In this document: in pieces, positions 13,201 through 24,700 of the stretch | Layout of the letters: each line of letters opens with the position of its first letter | Position numbering within the stretch: the stretch's first letter is position 1 | Assembly (NCBI RefSeq): GCF_009914755.1 | Contig: NC_060938.1 | Direction: 5' to 3' (one strand) | Length of the DNA: 64,000 nucleotides | Origin: the human T2T-CHM13v2.0 reference genome, Homo sapiens | The notes under the pieces: model-generated | Databases searched by the model: none | What the model saw: the letters and a program-made list of their open reading frames with translations, nothing else | Told to the model about the DNA's origin: nothing | Translations under genes and position numbers: made by a program

Positions 13201-16200
13201 ACCACAGGCCACAAAGCGCTCCAAATGTCCACTTGCATATTTTACAAAAAGAGTGATTCCAAACTTATCAATAAAAAAAATGTTCAAATCTGTGAGATGA
13301 ATGCACACACAACAAAGAAGTTCTCGGAATTCTTCCATCCAGTTTTTGTGTGAAATTATTTCCTTTTCCACCACAGGCCTCAAAGTGCTACAAATGTACA
13401 CTTGCAGATTCTACAAAAGGGAGTTTCTAAACTGCTCAATGAAAAGGAAGTTTTAACTCTGTGAGATGAATGCACACATAACAAAGAAGTTTCTGAGGCT
13501 GCTTCTGTCTAGGTTTCATGTGAAAATACTTCCTTTTGTACCATAGGCCACTGAGCGCTCCAAATGTGCACTTGAAGATTCTACGTTAAGTGTGTTTCCA
13601 AACTGCTCAATCAAAAGAAAGGTTCAACTCTGTTAAATGAATGCACACATCACAAAGAAGTTTGTCGGAATTCTTCTGTCTAGTTTTTATGTGAATAAAA
13701 TGTCCACTTGCAGATTCTACCAAAAGTGTGTTTACAAATTGCTCAATCAAACGAAAGGTTCAACTCTGTGAGATGAATGCACATATCACAAAAAAGTTTC
13801 TCAGAATTCTTCTGTATAGTTTTTATGTGAAAATATTTCCTTTTCCACCATAGGCATCAAAGAGCTCCAAATGTTGACTTGCAGATTCCACAAAAAGAGA
13901 GTTTAAAAACTGCTCAATCAAAAGAAAGGTTAAAGACAGTGAGATGAATGTACACAACACAAAGAAGTTTCTCAGATTACTTTCGTCTAGATTTTATGTG
14001 AAGTTATTTCCTTTTATACCATATACCACAAAGCGCTCCAAATGTCCAATTGCAGATTCTACAGAAAGAGGGATTCCAAACTGTTCAATCAAAAGAAAGG
14101 TTCAAATCTGTGAGATGAAGGCACATACCACAAAGAAGTTTCTCAGAATTCTTCCGTCTAGTTTTTATGTGAAGATATTACTTTTTCCACCATAGGCCTC
14201 AAAGCGCTCCAAATGTACACTTGCAGATTCTACAAAAAGAGAGTTTCAAAACTGCTCTATCAAAAGAAGCATTTCAGTCTGTGAGATGAATGTATACATT
14301 ACAAAGAAGTTTTCCAGATTGCTTCTGCCTAGATTTTATGTGAACATATTTCCTTTTCAACCATACACTGCAAAGCGGTCCAAATGCCCACTTGCAGATT
14401 GTACAAAAAGAGTGTTTCCAAACTGCTCAATCAAAAGAAAGTTTGAACTCTGTGAGATGAGCGAACACATCACAAAGAAGTTTCTCAGAAATCTTCTATC
14501 TGGTTTTTATATGAAGATATTTGCTTTTCTACCATAGGCCGTAAATAGCTCCAAATGTCCACTTGCAAATTCTACAAAAAGAGAGTTTCAAAACTGCTCA
14601 CACAAAAGAAACGTTTAACTCTGTGAAATAAATGCACACATCACAAAGTGGTTTCTCAGATTGCTTCCGTCTAGATTTTATGTGACGGTATTTCCTTTCC
14701 TACCACTGACCGCATAGCGCTCCAAATGTCCACTTGGAGATTCTTCAAAAAGAGTGTTTCCAAACTGCTCAATCAAAAGAAAGGTTCAACTCGGTGAGAT
14801 GAATGCACACATCGCAAAAAAGTTTCTCAGAATTCTTCTGTCTAGTTTTTATGTGAAGATATTTCATTTTCCAGTATAAGTTTCAAGGCGCTCGAAATGT
14901 CCACTTGCAGATTACACAAAAAGTATATTTCAAAATTGATCCATCAAAAGAAAGGTTCAACTCTGGGAGATAAATGCACTCATAACAAATAAATTTCTCA
15001 GAATGCTTCTATCTAGTTTTTATGTGAACACATTTCCTTTTCCACCATTGCCCTCAAATCCCTCCAAATGTCCACTTGCAGATTCTACAAAAGAGTTTCA
15101 AAACTGCTCAATCAAAAGAAAGGGTTAACTCTCAGAGGAATGCAGACATCACAATGAATTTTCTCAGATTGCTTCTTTCTAGATTTTATGTGAAGATGTT
15201 TCCGTTTCTACCATAGGCCGCAAAGCACTCCAGTGTCCACATGCAGAGTCTACCAAAAGGGTGTTTCCAAACTGCTTAATCAAAAGAAAGGTTCAACTCT
15301 GAGAGATGAGTGCACACATCATGAAGAAGTTTCTCTGAATTCTTCTATCTAGTTTTTATGTGAAGACATTTCTTTTTAGACCGTAGGCCTCAAAGGGCTC
15401 CAAATGTCCAATTGCAGATTCTACAAAAAGAGAGTTTCAAAACTTCTGAGTCAAAACAAAGGTTTAAGTTTGTGAGATGTATGCACATATCACAAAGAAG
15501 TTTCTCAGATAGCTTCTGTCTAGATTTTATGTGAACATATTTCCTTTTCTACCATAGGCCTCAAAGCGCTCCAGATGCCCACCTGCAGATTCTACAAAAA
15601 GTGTGCTTCCAAACTGCTCGATCAAAAGAAAGGTTCAGGTATGCGAGATGAACGCACACATCACAAAGAAGTTTCTCAGAATAATTTTGTCTAGTTTTTG
15701 TGAAGATATATCCTTTTCCACCACAGATCTAAAAGTGCTACAAATGTCCAATTGCAGATTATACAAAAAGAGAGTTTCAAAACTGCTCAATCAAAAGAAA
15801 GTCTAACTCTGTGATACGAAAGCACACATCACAAGGTAGTTTCTCAGATTGCTTCTATCTAGATTTTATGTGAAGATGTTTCCTTTTCTACCATAGACCC
15901 CAAATCGCTCCAAATTCCCACTTACAGATTCTACAAAAAGAGTGTTTCCAAAATGTTCAATCACAAAAAATGTTCAGCTCTGTGAGATGAAAGCACAAAT
16001 CAAAAAGAAGTTTCACAGAATTCTTCTGTCTAGTTTTTATGTGAAAATATTTCCTTTTCCTTCACAGGACACAAAGCACTCCAAATGTCCAATTCTAGAT
16101 TATACAAAAAGAGAGTATCAAAACTGCTCAATCAAAAGAGAGTTTTAACTCTGTGAGATGAATGCACACATCCAAAGAAGTTTATCAGATTGCTTCTGTC

Positions 16201-19200
16201 TAGATTTTATGTGAAGATATTTCCTTTTCTACCATAGGCCTCAAAGCGCTCCAAATGTCCACTTGCAGATTCTTCAAAAAGAGCGTTTCCAAACTGCTCA
16301 ATCAAAAGAAAGGTTCAACTCTGTGAGGTGAACGCACACATCCCAAAGAAGTTTCTCAGAATTCTTCTGTCTAGTTTGTATGTGAAGATATTTCATTTTC
16401 CACCACAGGCCTCAAGGAGCTCAAAATATCCACTTGCAGATTCCACAAAAAGACTATTTCAAAACTGGTCCATCAAAAGGAAGTGTCAAATCTGGGAGAT
16501 GAATGCACATATCACAAAGAAGTTTCTCAGAATGGTTTTATCTAATTTTTATATGAAGATATTTCCTTTTCCACCAAAGGCTTCAAAGCATTCCAAATGT
16601 CCATTGTAGATTCTATAAAAAGAGAATTTCAAAACTGCTCAATCAAAAGACAGGTTTAACTCTGTGAGATGAATGCACATATCACAAATAAGTTTCTGAG
16701 ATTGCTTCTGTCTAGATTTTATCTGAAGATATTTCATTTCTACTGTAGGCCTCAAAGCATTCCAACTTCTCACTTGCAGATTCCACAAAGAGTGTTTCCA
16801 AACTGCTCAATGAAAAGAAAGTTCAACTCTGTGTGATGAATGCACACATCACAAAATATTTTCTCAGAATTCTTCTGTCTAGTTTTTTGTGAAGATATTT
16901 CCTTTACCACCATAGGCCTCAAAGTGCTCCAAATGTCAAATTGCAGATCCTACAAAAAGACTGTTTCCAAACTACACAATCAAAAGAAAGTTTCAACTCT
17001 GTGAGATGAAAGTACAAATCACAAAGAAGTTTCTCAGAATTCTTCTATCTACCTTTTATGGGAAGATATTTCCTTTTCCACCATAGGCCTCAAAGCACTC
17101 AAAATGTCCACTTGCAGATTCTACAAAAAGAGAGTTTCAAAATTGCTCAATCAAAAGTAAGTTTTAACTCTGTGAGGTGAATGCACACATAACAAAGAAG
17201 TTTATCAGATTGCTTCTGTATAGATTTTATTTGAACATGTTTCCTCTTCTACCCTAAAGCACTCCAAATGTCCACTTGCAGGTTCTACAAAAAGAGTGTT
17301 TCCAAAATGCTCAATCAAAAGAAAGGTTCACAGCGCACCAGCATGGCACATGTATACATATGTAATTAACCTGCACAATGTGCACATGTACCCTAAAACC
17401 TAAAGTATAATAAAAAAAGAAAAGAAAAAAAAAAAAGGTTCAATTCTGTGAGAGGAATACACGCATCACAAAGAAGTTTCTCAGAATTCTTCTGTCTAGT
17501 TTTTATGTGTAGATATTTCCTTTTGCACCATAGGACTCAAAGGGCTCCAGTGGTCCTCATGCAGATTCTACAAAAAAAGAGTTTCAAACTCCTCAATAAA
17601 AAGAAAGGTTTAACTCTGAGAGATGAATGCACACATCACAAAGAAGTTTCTCAGACTCTTTCTCTCTAGATTTTATGTGAAGATATTTCCTTTTCTGCCA
17701 TAGGCCACAAAGTGCTGCAAATGTTGTTTCAGATTTTACAAAAAGAATGTTTCCATACTGGTCAATCAAAAGAAAGGTCCAACTCTGTGAGATGAATGCA
17801 CACAACACAAAGACATTTCTCAGAATTTTTCTGTCTAGTTTTTATGTGAAGATATTTCCTTTTGCACCATAGGCCTCAAAGCGCTCCAAATGTCTACTTG
17901 CAGATTCTACAAAAAGAGAGTTTCAAAACTGCTCAATCAAAAGCAAGTGTTAACTCTGTGAGATGAATGCACACATAAAAAAGAAGTTTCTCAGATTACT
18001 TCTGTCTAGATTTTATGTGAAGATATTTCCTTTTCTACCATAGGCTTCAAAGCGCTCCAAAATCCACTTGCAGATTCTTCAAAAAGAGATTTGCAAAACT
18101 GTTCAATCAAAAGAAAGTGTTAACTCTGTGAGATTAATGCACACATCACAAAAAAGTTTCTCAGATTGCTTCTGTCTAGATTTTATGTGAAGATATTTCC
18201 TTTTCTACCATAGGCCGCAAAGCACTCCAAATGCCCTCTTGCAGATTCTACAAAAAGAGTGTTTCCAAACTTCTTAATCAAAAGAAATGTTCAACTCTGT
18301 AAGATGAACGCACGCTTCACAAAGAAGTTTCTCAGAATTCTTCTGTCTAGTTTTCATGTGAAAATACTTCCTTTTCCACCATAGGGCTCAAGGCACTTGA
18401 AATGTCTACTTGTAGGTTCTACAAAAAGCATATTTCAAAACTCGTGTTTCAAAAGAAAGGTTCAACTCTAGGAGATGAAAAAACACATTGCAAAGAAGTT
18501 TTTCAGAATGTTCCTATCTAGTATTTATGTGAAGATATTTCCTTTTCCACCATAGGCATCAAAGTGCTCCAAATGTCCACTTGCAACTTCTACTAAAGGA
18601 GGGTTTCAAAACTACTCAATCAAAAGAATGTTTTAACTCTGTGAGATGAATGCACACATCATAAAGAAGTATCTCAGATTGTTTCTTTCTAGATTTTATG
18701 TGAAAATATTTCCTTTTCTAACTTAGGCTGCAAAGTCCTCCAAATGTCCACTTGCAGATTCTACAAAAAGAGTGTTTCCAAACTGCTCAATCAAAAGAAA
18801 CATTCACCTCTGTGAGATGAACGCACACATCACAAAGATGTTTCTCAGAGTTCTTCTATCTAGTTTTTATGTGAAGATATTTCCTTTTCCACCACTGTCC
18901 TCAAAGCACTCCAAATGTCCACTTACAGACTCTACAAAAAGAGAGTTTCAAAAGTGCTCAATCAAATCAAAGGTTTAACTCTGTGAGGTGAATGCTCACG
19001 TCACAAAGAAGTTTCTCAGATTGCTTCTGTCTAGATTTTATGTGACAATATTTCCTTGTCTACCATAGTCCGCAGAGAACACAAAATGTCCTCTTGCAGA
19101 TTCTACTAAAAGAGTCTTTCCAAACTGTTCAACCAAAGGAAAGGTTAAACTATGTGAGATGAATGCTCACATCACTAAGAAGTTTCGAAGATTGCTTCTG

Positions 19201-20611
19201 TCTAGATTTTATGTGAAGATATTTCTTTTTCTACCAAAGGCGGCAAAGTGCACAAAATAGCCACTTGCAGATTCTGCAAAAAGAGTGTTTCAAAACTGCT
19301 CAATCAAAAGAAAGGTTCAGCTCCGTGAGAAGAATGCACACATCACAATGTAGATCCACAAAATTCTTCTGTCTAGTTTTTATATAAACATATTTTGTTT
19401 TCCACCATAGGCTTCAAAGCGTTCCAAATGTCCACTTGCAGACTCTACCAAAAGAGAGATTCAAAACTGCTCAATCAAATAAAAGTTTAATTTTGGGAGA
19501 TGCATGCACACATCACAAAGAAGTTTCTCAGATTGCTTCTGTCTGCATTTTAGGTGAAGATATTTCCTTTTCTACCAGAGGAAGCAAAGCGTTCCAAATG
19601 TCCACTTGCAGATTCTACAAAAAAGAGTGTTTCCAAACTGCTCAATCAAAAGAAAGGTTCAATTCTGTGAGATGAATGCACACATCACAATGAAGTTTCT
19701 CAGAATTCTTCTGTCTAGTTTTTATGTGAAGATATTTCCTTTTCCACCATAGACCTCAAACCGCTCCAAGTGTCCACTTGCACATTCTACAAAAAGAGAG
19801 TTTCAAAACTGCCCTATCAAAAAAGAGGTTTAACTCTGTGAGATGAATGCACATAGCACAAAGTAGTTTCTCAGATTGCTTCTGTCTAGATTTTAAGTGA
19901 AGATGTTTCCTTTTTTACCATAGGCAGAAAAGTGTCCCAAATGTCCACTTGCAGATTGTACAAAAAGACTGCTCAATCAAAAGAAAGTTTCAACTCTGTG
20001 AGATGAAGGCACACATCACAAAGTAGTTTCTCAGAATGTTTCTATCTAGTTTTTATATGAAGATATTTCCTTTTCCACCATAGGTCTCAAAGCGCTCCAA
20101 ATGTACACATGCAGATTCTACAAAAAGAGAGTTTCAAAACTGCTCAATCAAAAGAAAGGGTTCACTCTGTCAGATGAATACACACATCACAAAGAAGTTT
20201 CTCAGATTGCTTCTGTCTACATTTTATGTGAAGATATTTCCTTTTCTACCATAGGCCACAAAGCGCTCCAAATGTTCACTTGCAGATTCTACAAAAAGAG
20301 TGTTTCTAAAGTGCTCAATCCAAAGAAAGGTTCAAATATGTGAGATGAACGCACACATCACAAACAAGTTTCTCAGAATGCTTCTATATAGTTTTTATAT
20401 GAAGATATTTCCTTTTCTACCATAGGACACAAAGTGCTCTGAATGTCCACCTGAAGATTCTACAAAAACAGTGTTTCCAAACTGCTCAATCAAAAGAAAG
20501 ATTCAACTCTGTAAGATGAACGCAGACGTCCTGAACAAGTTTCACAGAACTCTTCTGTCTAGTTTTTATGTGAAAATATTTCCTTTTCCACCTTAGGCCT
20601 CAAATTGCTCC
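10271..20611 (-). repeat. Alpha-satellite, ancient dimeric layer Y (minus orientation), interrupted by a small L1
   Basis: Monomers mostly alternate ATTGCTTCTGTCTAGATTTT...TTTTCTACCATAGGCCGC with AATTCTTCTGTCTAGTTTTT...TTTTCCACCATAGGCCTC, and use CCAAATGTCCAC. This resembles the dimeric dead layer (H1H2 type); that assignment is inference. Confidence 0.93.
17331..17428 (+). mobile_element. Extremely 5'-truncated LINE-1 3' end (L1PA2-like) with poly(A)
   Basis: CAGCGCACCAGCATGGCACATGTATACATATGTAA..CTGCACAATGTGCACATGTACCCTAAAACCTAAAGTATAATAAAA matches the L1PA 3'UTR terminus, followed by an A-rich tail. It is flanked by AAAAGAAAGGTTCA (17317-17330) and AAAAAAAAGGTTCA (17429-17442), forming a TSD at a TC/AAAA endonuclease-like site. 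Confidence 0.95.
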
Positions 20612-20647
20612 AAAAAAAAAAAAAAAAACAGACATTAAAAAAAAAAA
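20612..20647 (+). other. Orphan poly(A) patch A17-CAGACATT-A11 replacing part of a monomer at a layer junction
   Basis: Seen directly. The satellite breaks after GCTCC and resumes at GATAGGTTCAACTC, with about 50 bp of monomer missing in register. Confidence 0.85.
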
Positions 20648-21720
20648 GATAGGTTCAACTCTGTGAGTTGAATGCACACATCACAAAGAAGTTTCTCTGA
20701 ATGATTCTACGTAGTTTTTATGTGAAGATATTACCTTTTCAACAATAGGCTTCAAATCCCTACAAATACCCCCTTGCAGATTCTACAAAAAGAGTGTTTC
20801 AAAACTACACAATCAAAAGAAAGTTTCAACTCTGGAAGATGAATGCACACATCAAAATGAAGTTTCTCAGAATGCTTCCATGTAGTTTTTATGTGAAGAT
20901 ATTTGGTTTTCCACAGTAGGCCTCAAGGCGCTCCAAATATCCACTTGCAGTTTCTACAAAAACAGTGTATCAAAACTGCTCAATCTAAAGAAAGGATCAA
21001 CAAAGTGAAATGCATGCATACATCATAAAGAAGTTTCTCAGAATGCTTCTGTGTAGTTTTTGTGTGAAGATATTTCCTTTTCTACCATAGGCCTCAAAGA
21101 GCTCCAAGAATCCAACTTCAGATTCTACAATAAGAGTGTTTCAAAACCGCTCAATCATAACGTAGTTTCAACCCTGTGAGATGAATGCACACATCACAAA
21201 TGTTTCTCAGAATGCTTCTGTGTAATTTTTATTTGAAGATATTTCCTTTTCCAATATCGGCTGCCAAGGATTCCAAATAACCACTTTCAGATTCTACAAA
21301 CAGAGAGATTCAAAACTACTCAATCAAAAGATAGGTTCAACTCTGTGAGGTGAATGCACACATCACCAAGAAGTTTCTCAGAATGCTCTGTGTAGTTTTT
21401 ATGTGAAGATATTTGCTTTTCCACAGTCAGCCTGAGAACGCTCCCTGTATCCACTTGTAGATCTCACAAAAACAGTGTTTCAAAAGTACTCAATCAAAAG
21501 AAAGGATCAACCCTGTCAGATGAAGGCACTCATGACAAGGTTCTCAGAATGCTTCTGCATAGTTTTTATGTGAAGATATTTCCTTTTCCACAATAGGCCT
21601 CAAATAGCTGCAAATATCCACTTGCAGATTCTACAAAAAGAGTGTTTCAAAACTGCTCAATCAAAAGAACTTTTCAATTCTGTGAGATGAATGCACACAT
21701 CACAAAGAAGTTTCTCAGAA
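20648..21720 (-). repeat. Alpha-satellite, short block of layer X monomers
   Basis: Returns to CTGTGTAGTTTTT / CCAAATATCCAC / AAGATAGGTTC monomers for about 6 units. Confidence 0.88.
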
Positions 21721-24700
21721 TGCATCTGTCTGGTTATTATATGAAGATATTTTGTTATCCACCAAAGGCCTCAAAGCGCTTCTAAGGTCCACTTGCAGAT
21801 TCCACAAAAACAGTGTTACAAAACTGCTCAACGCAAAGTAAGGTTCAACTCAGTGGGATGAATACACACATCACAAAGTCATTTGTCAGAACTTTTCTGC
21901 CTGGTTTTTATATGAAGATTTTTTTTTTCCACCATAGGCCTCAAAGCGCTTCAAATGTCCACTTGCAGATTCTACAAAAAGAGAGTTTCAAAACTGCTTA
22001 ATCAAAAGAAAGGTTTAACTTTGTGAGATGAATGCACACATCATAAAAAAGTTGCTCAATTTTGTTCTGTCTAGATTTTATGTGAAGATATTTCCTTTTC
22101 TTCCATAGGCCACAAAGCACTCCAAATGTCCACTTGCAGATTCTACAAAAATAGTGTTTCCAAACTGCTCAATCAAAAAGAATTGTTCTACTCTGTGAGA
22201 TGAACGCACACATCACAAAGATGTTTGTCAGAATTCTTCTGTCTAGTTTTTATGTGAAGATATTTCCTTTTCCACCATAGGCCTCAAAGCACTCCAAATG
22301 TCCACTTGCAGATTCTACAAAAGGAGAGTTTCAAAACTGCTCTATCAAAAGAAAGATTTAACTCTGTGACATGAATGCAGACATCACAAAGAAGTTTCTC
22401 AGATTACTTCTGCCTAGATTTTATTGGAAGATATTTCCTTTTCTAAAATAGGCCGCAAAGCGCTCCAAATGTCCACTTGCAGATTCTACACAAAGAATAT
22501 TTCCAAAATGCTCAATCAAAAGAAAAGTTCAACTTTGTGAGATGAATGAACACATCACAAAGATGTTTCTCACAATTCTTCTTTCTAGTTTTTATGTGAA
22601 GATATTTCCTTTTCCACTGTAGGCTTCAAAGAGCTCCAAATATCCACTTGCAGATTCTACAAAAAGATAGTTTCAAAACTGCTCAATCAAAAGAAAGGTT
22701 CAACTCTGTGAAATGAATGAACACATTACAAAGAAGTTTCTCAGATTGCTTCTGTCTAGATTTTATGTGAAGATATTTACTTTTCTAACATAGGCCACAA
22801 AGCACTCCAAGTGTCAACTTGCAGACTTTACAAAAAGAGTGTTTTCAAACTGCTCAATCAAAAATAGTTCAACTCTGTGAGATGAACGTATGCATCACAA
22901 AAAAGTTTCTCAGAATTCTTCTGTCTAGTTTTAATGTGAAGATATTTCATTTTCCACCATAGGCCTCAAAGCGCTCCAAATGTACAATTGCAGATTCTAC
23001 AAAATGAGTGTTTCCAAATTGCTCAGTCAAAAGAAAGTTTTAACACTGTGAAATGAATGCACACATCACAAAGAAGTTTATCAGACTGCTTTTGTCTACA
23101 TTTTATGTGAAATTATTCCCTTTTCTAAAATGGGCCAAAAAGCCCTCCAAATGTCCACTTTCAGATTCCACAAAAAGAGTGTTTCAAAACTGCTCAATTA
23201 AATGTAAGATTCAACTCTGTGAGATGAATGAACACATCACAAAGAAGTTTCTCAGAAATCTTCTGTCTAGTTTTTATGTGAAGATACTTCCTTTTCCACC
23301 ATAAGCCTCAAGATGCTACAAATGTCCACTTGCAGATTCTATAAAAAGAGAGTTTCAAAACTTCTCAATCATAAGAAAGGTTCAACTCCGTGAGATGAAT
23401 GCACACATCAGAAAGAAGTTTCTGATTCCTTCTGTCTAGATTTCGTGGGAAGATATTTTCTTTTCTAACATGGGCCACAAAGCTATCAAAATGTCCACTT
23501 GCAGACTCTACTGAAAGAGTGTTTCCAAACTGCTCAATCAAAAGAAAGGTTCAACTCTGTGAGATTAAATCACACACCACAAAGAAGTTTCTCAGAATTC
23601 TTCTGTCTAGTTTTTATGTGAAGATATTTCATTTTCGACCATAGGCCTCAAGGCGCTCCACTACCAAATTCTACAAAAAGAGTTTCAAAACTGCTCTATC
23701 AAAAGAAAGGTTTATCTCTGTGAGATGAATGCATACATCACAATGAAGTTTTTTCAGATTTCTTCTGTCTAGATTTTATGTGGAGATATTTCCTTTTCTA
23801 CCATAGGCCACAAAGCAGTCCAAATATCCACTTGCAGATTGTACAAAAAGAGTGATTCCAAACTGCTCAATCAAAATAAAGGTTCAACTCTGTGAGATGA
23901 CTGCACGCATCACAAAGCAGTTTCTCAGAATTCTTCTGTATAGTTTTTATGTGAAGATATTTCATTTTCGACCATAGGCCTCAAGGCACACGAAATGCCC
24001 ACTTGCAGATTCTACAAAAACAATATTTCAAAACTGGTCCATCAAAAGTAAGGTTCTACTCTGTGAGATGTACTCACACATCACAAAGAGGTGTTTCTGA
24101 ATTTTTCTTTCCAGTTTTTATGTGAAGATATTACCTTTTCTACCATAGGACTCAAGGTGCTCCACTTGCATATTCTACAAAAAGAGAGTTTCAAAACAGC
24201 TCTATCAAAAGAAAGGTTTAATACTGTGACATGAATACATACATCATGGAGAAGTTTATCAGATTATTTCTGTTTAGATTTTGTGTGAAGATATTTCCTT
24301 TTTTACCAGAGACCTCAAAGTGCTCCAAATATCCACTTACAGATTCTACAAAAAGAATGTTTCCAAATAGCTCTATCAAAAGAAAAGTTCAATGCTGTGA
24401 GATGAATGCACACATCACAAAGAATTTTCTCAGAATTCTCTGTCTAGTTTTTATGTTCCTTTTCCACCATTGGCCTCAAAGCGCTACAAATGTCCACTTG
24501 AAGATTCTGCAAAAACGTAGTTTGAAAACTGCTCAATCAAAACAAAGTTTTAAATCTGTGAGATGAATGCACACATCACAAAGAAGTTTCTCTGATTGCT
24601 TCTGTCTAGACGTTATGTGAAGATATTTGCTTTTCTACCATAGGCCACAAGGCACTCCCAATGTCTAATTGCAGTTTCTACAAAGAGTATTTACAAACTG

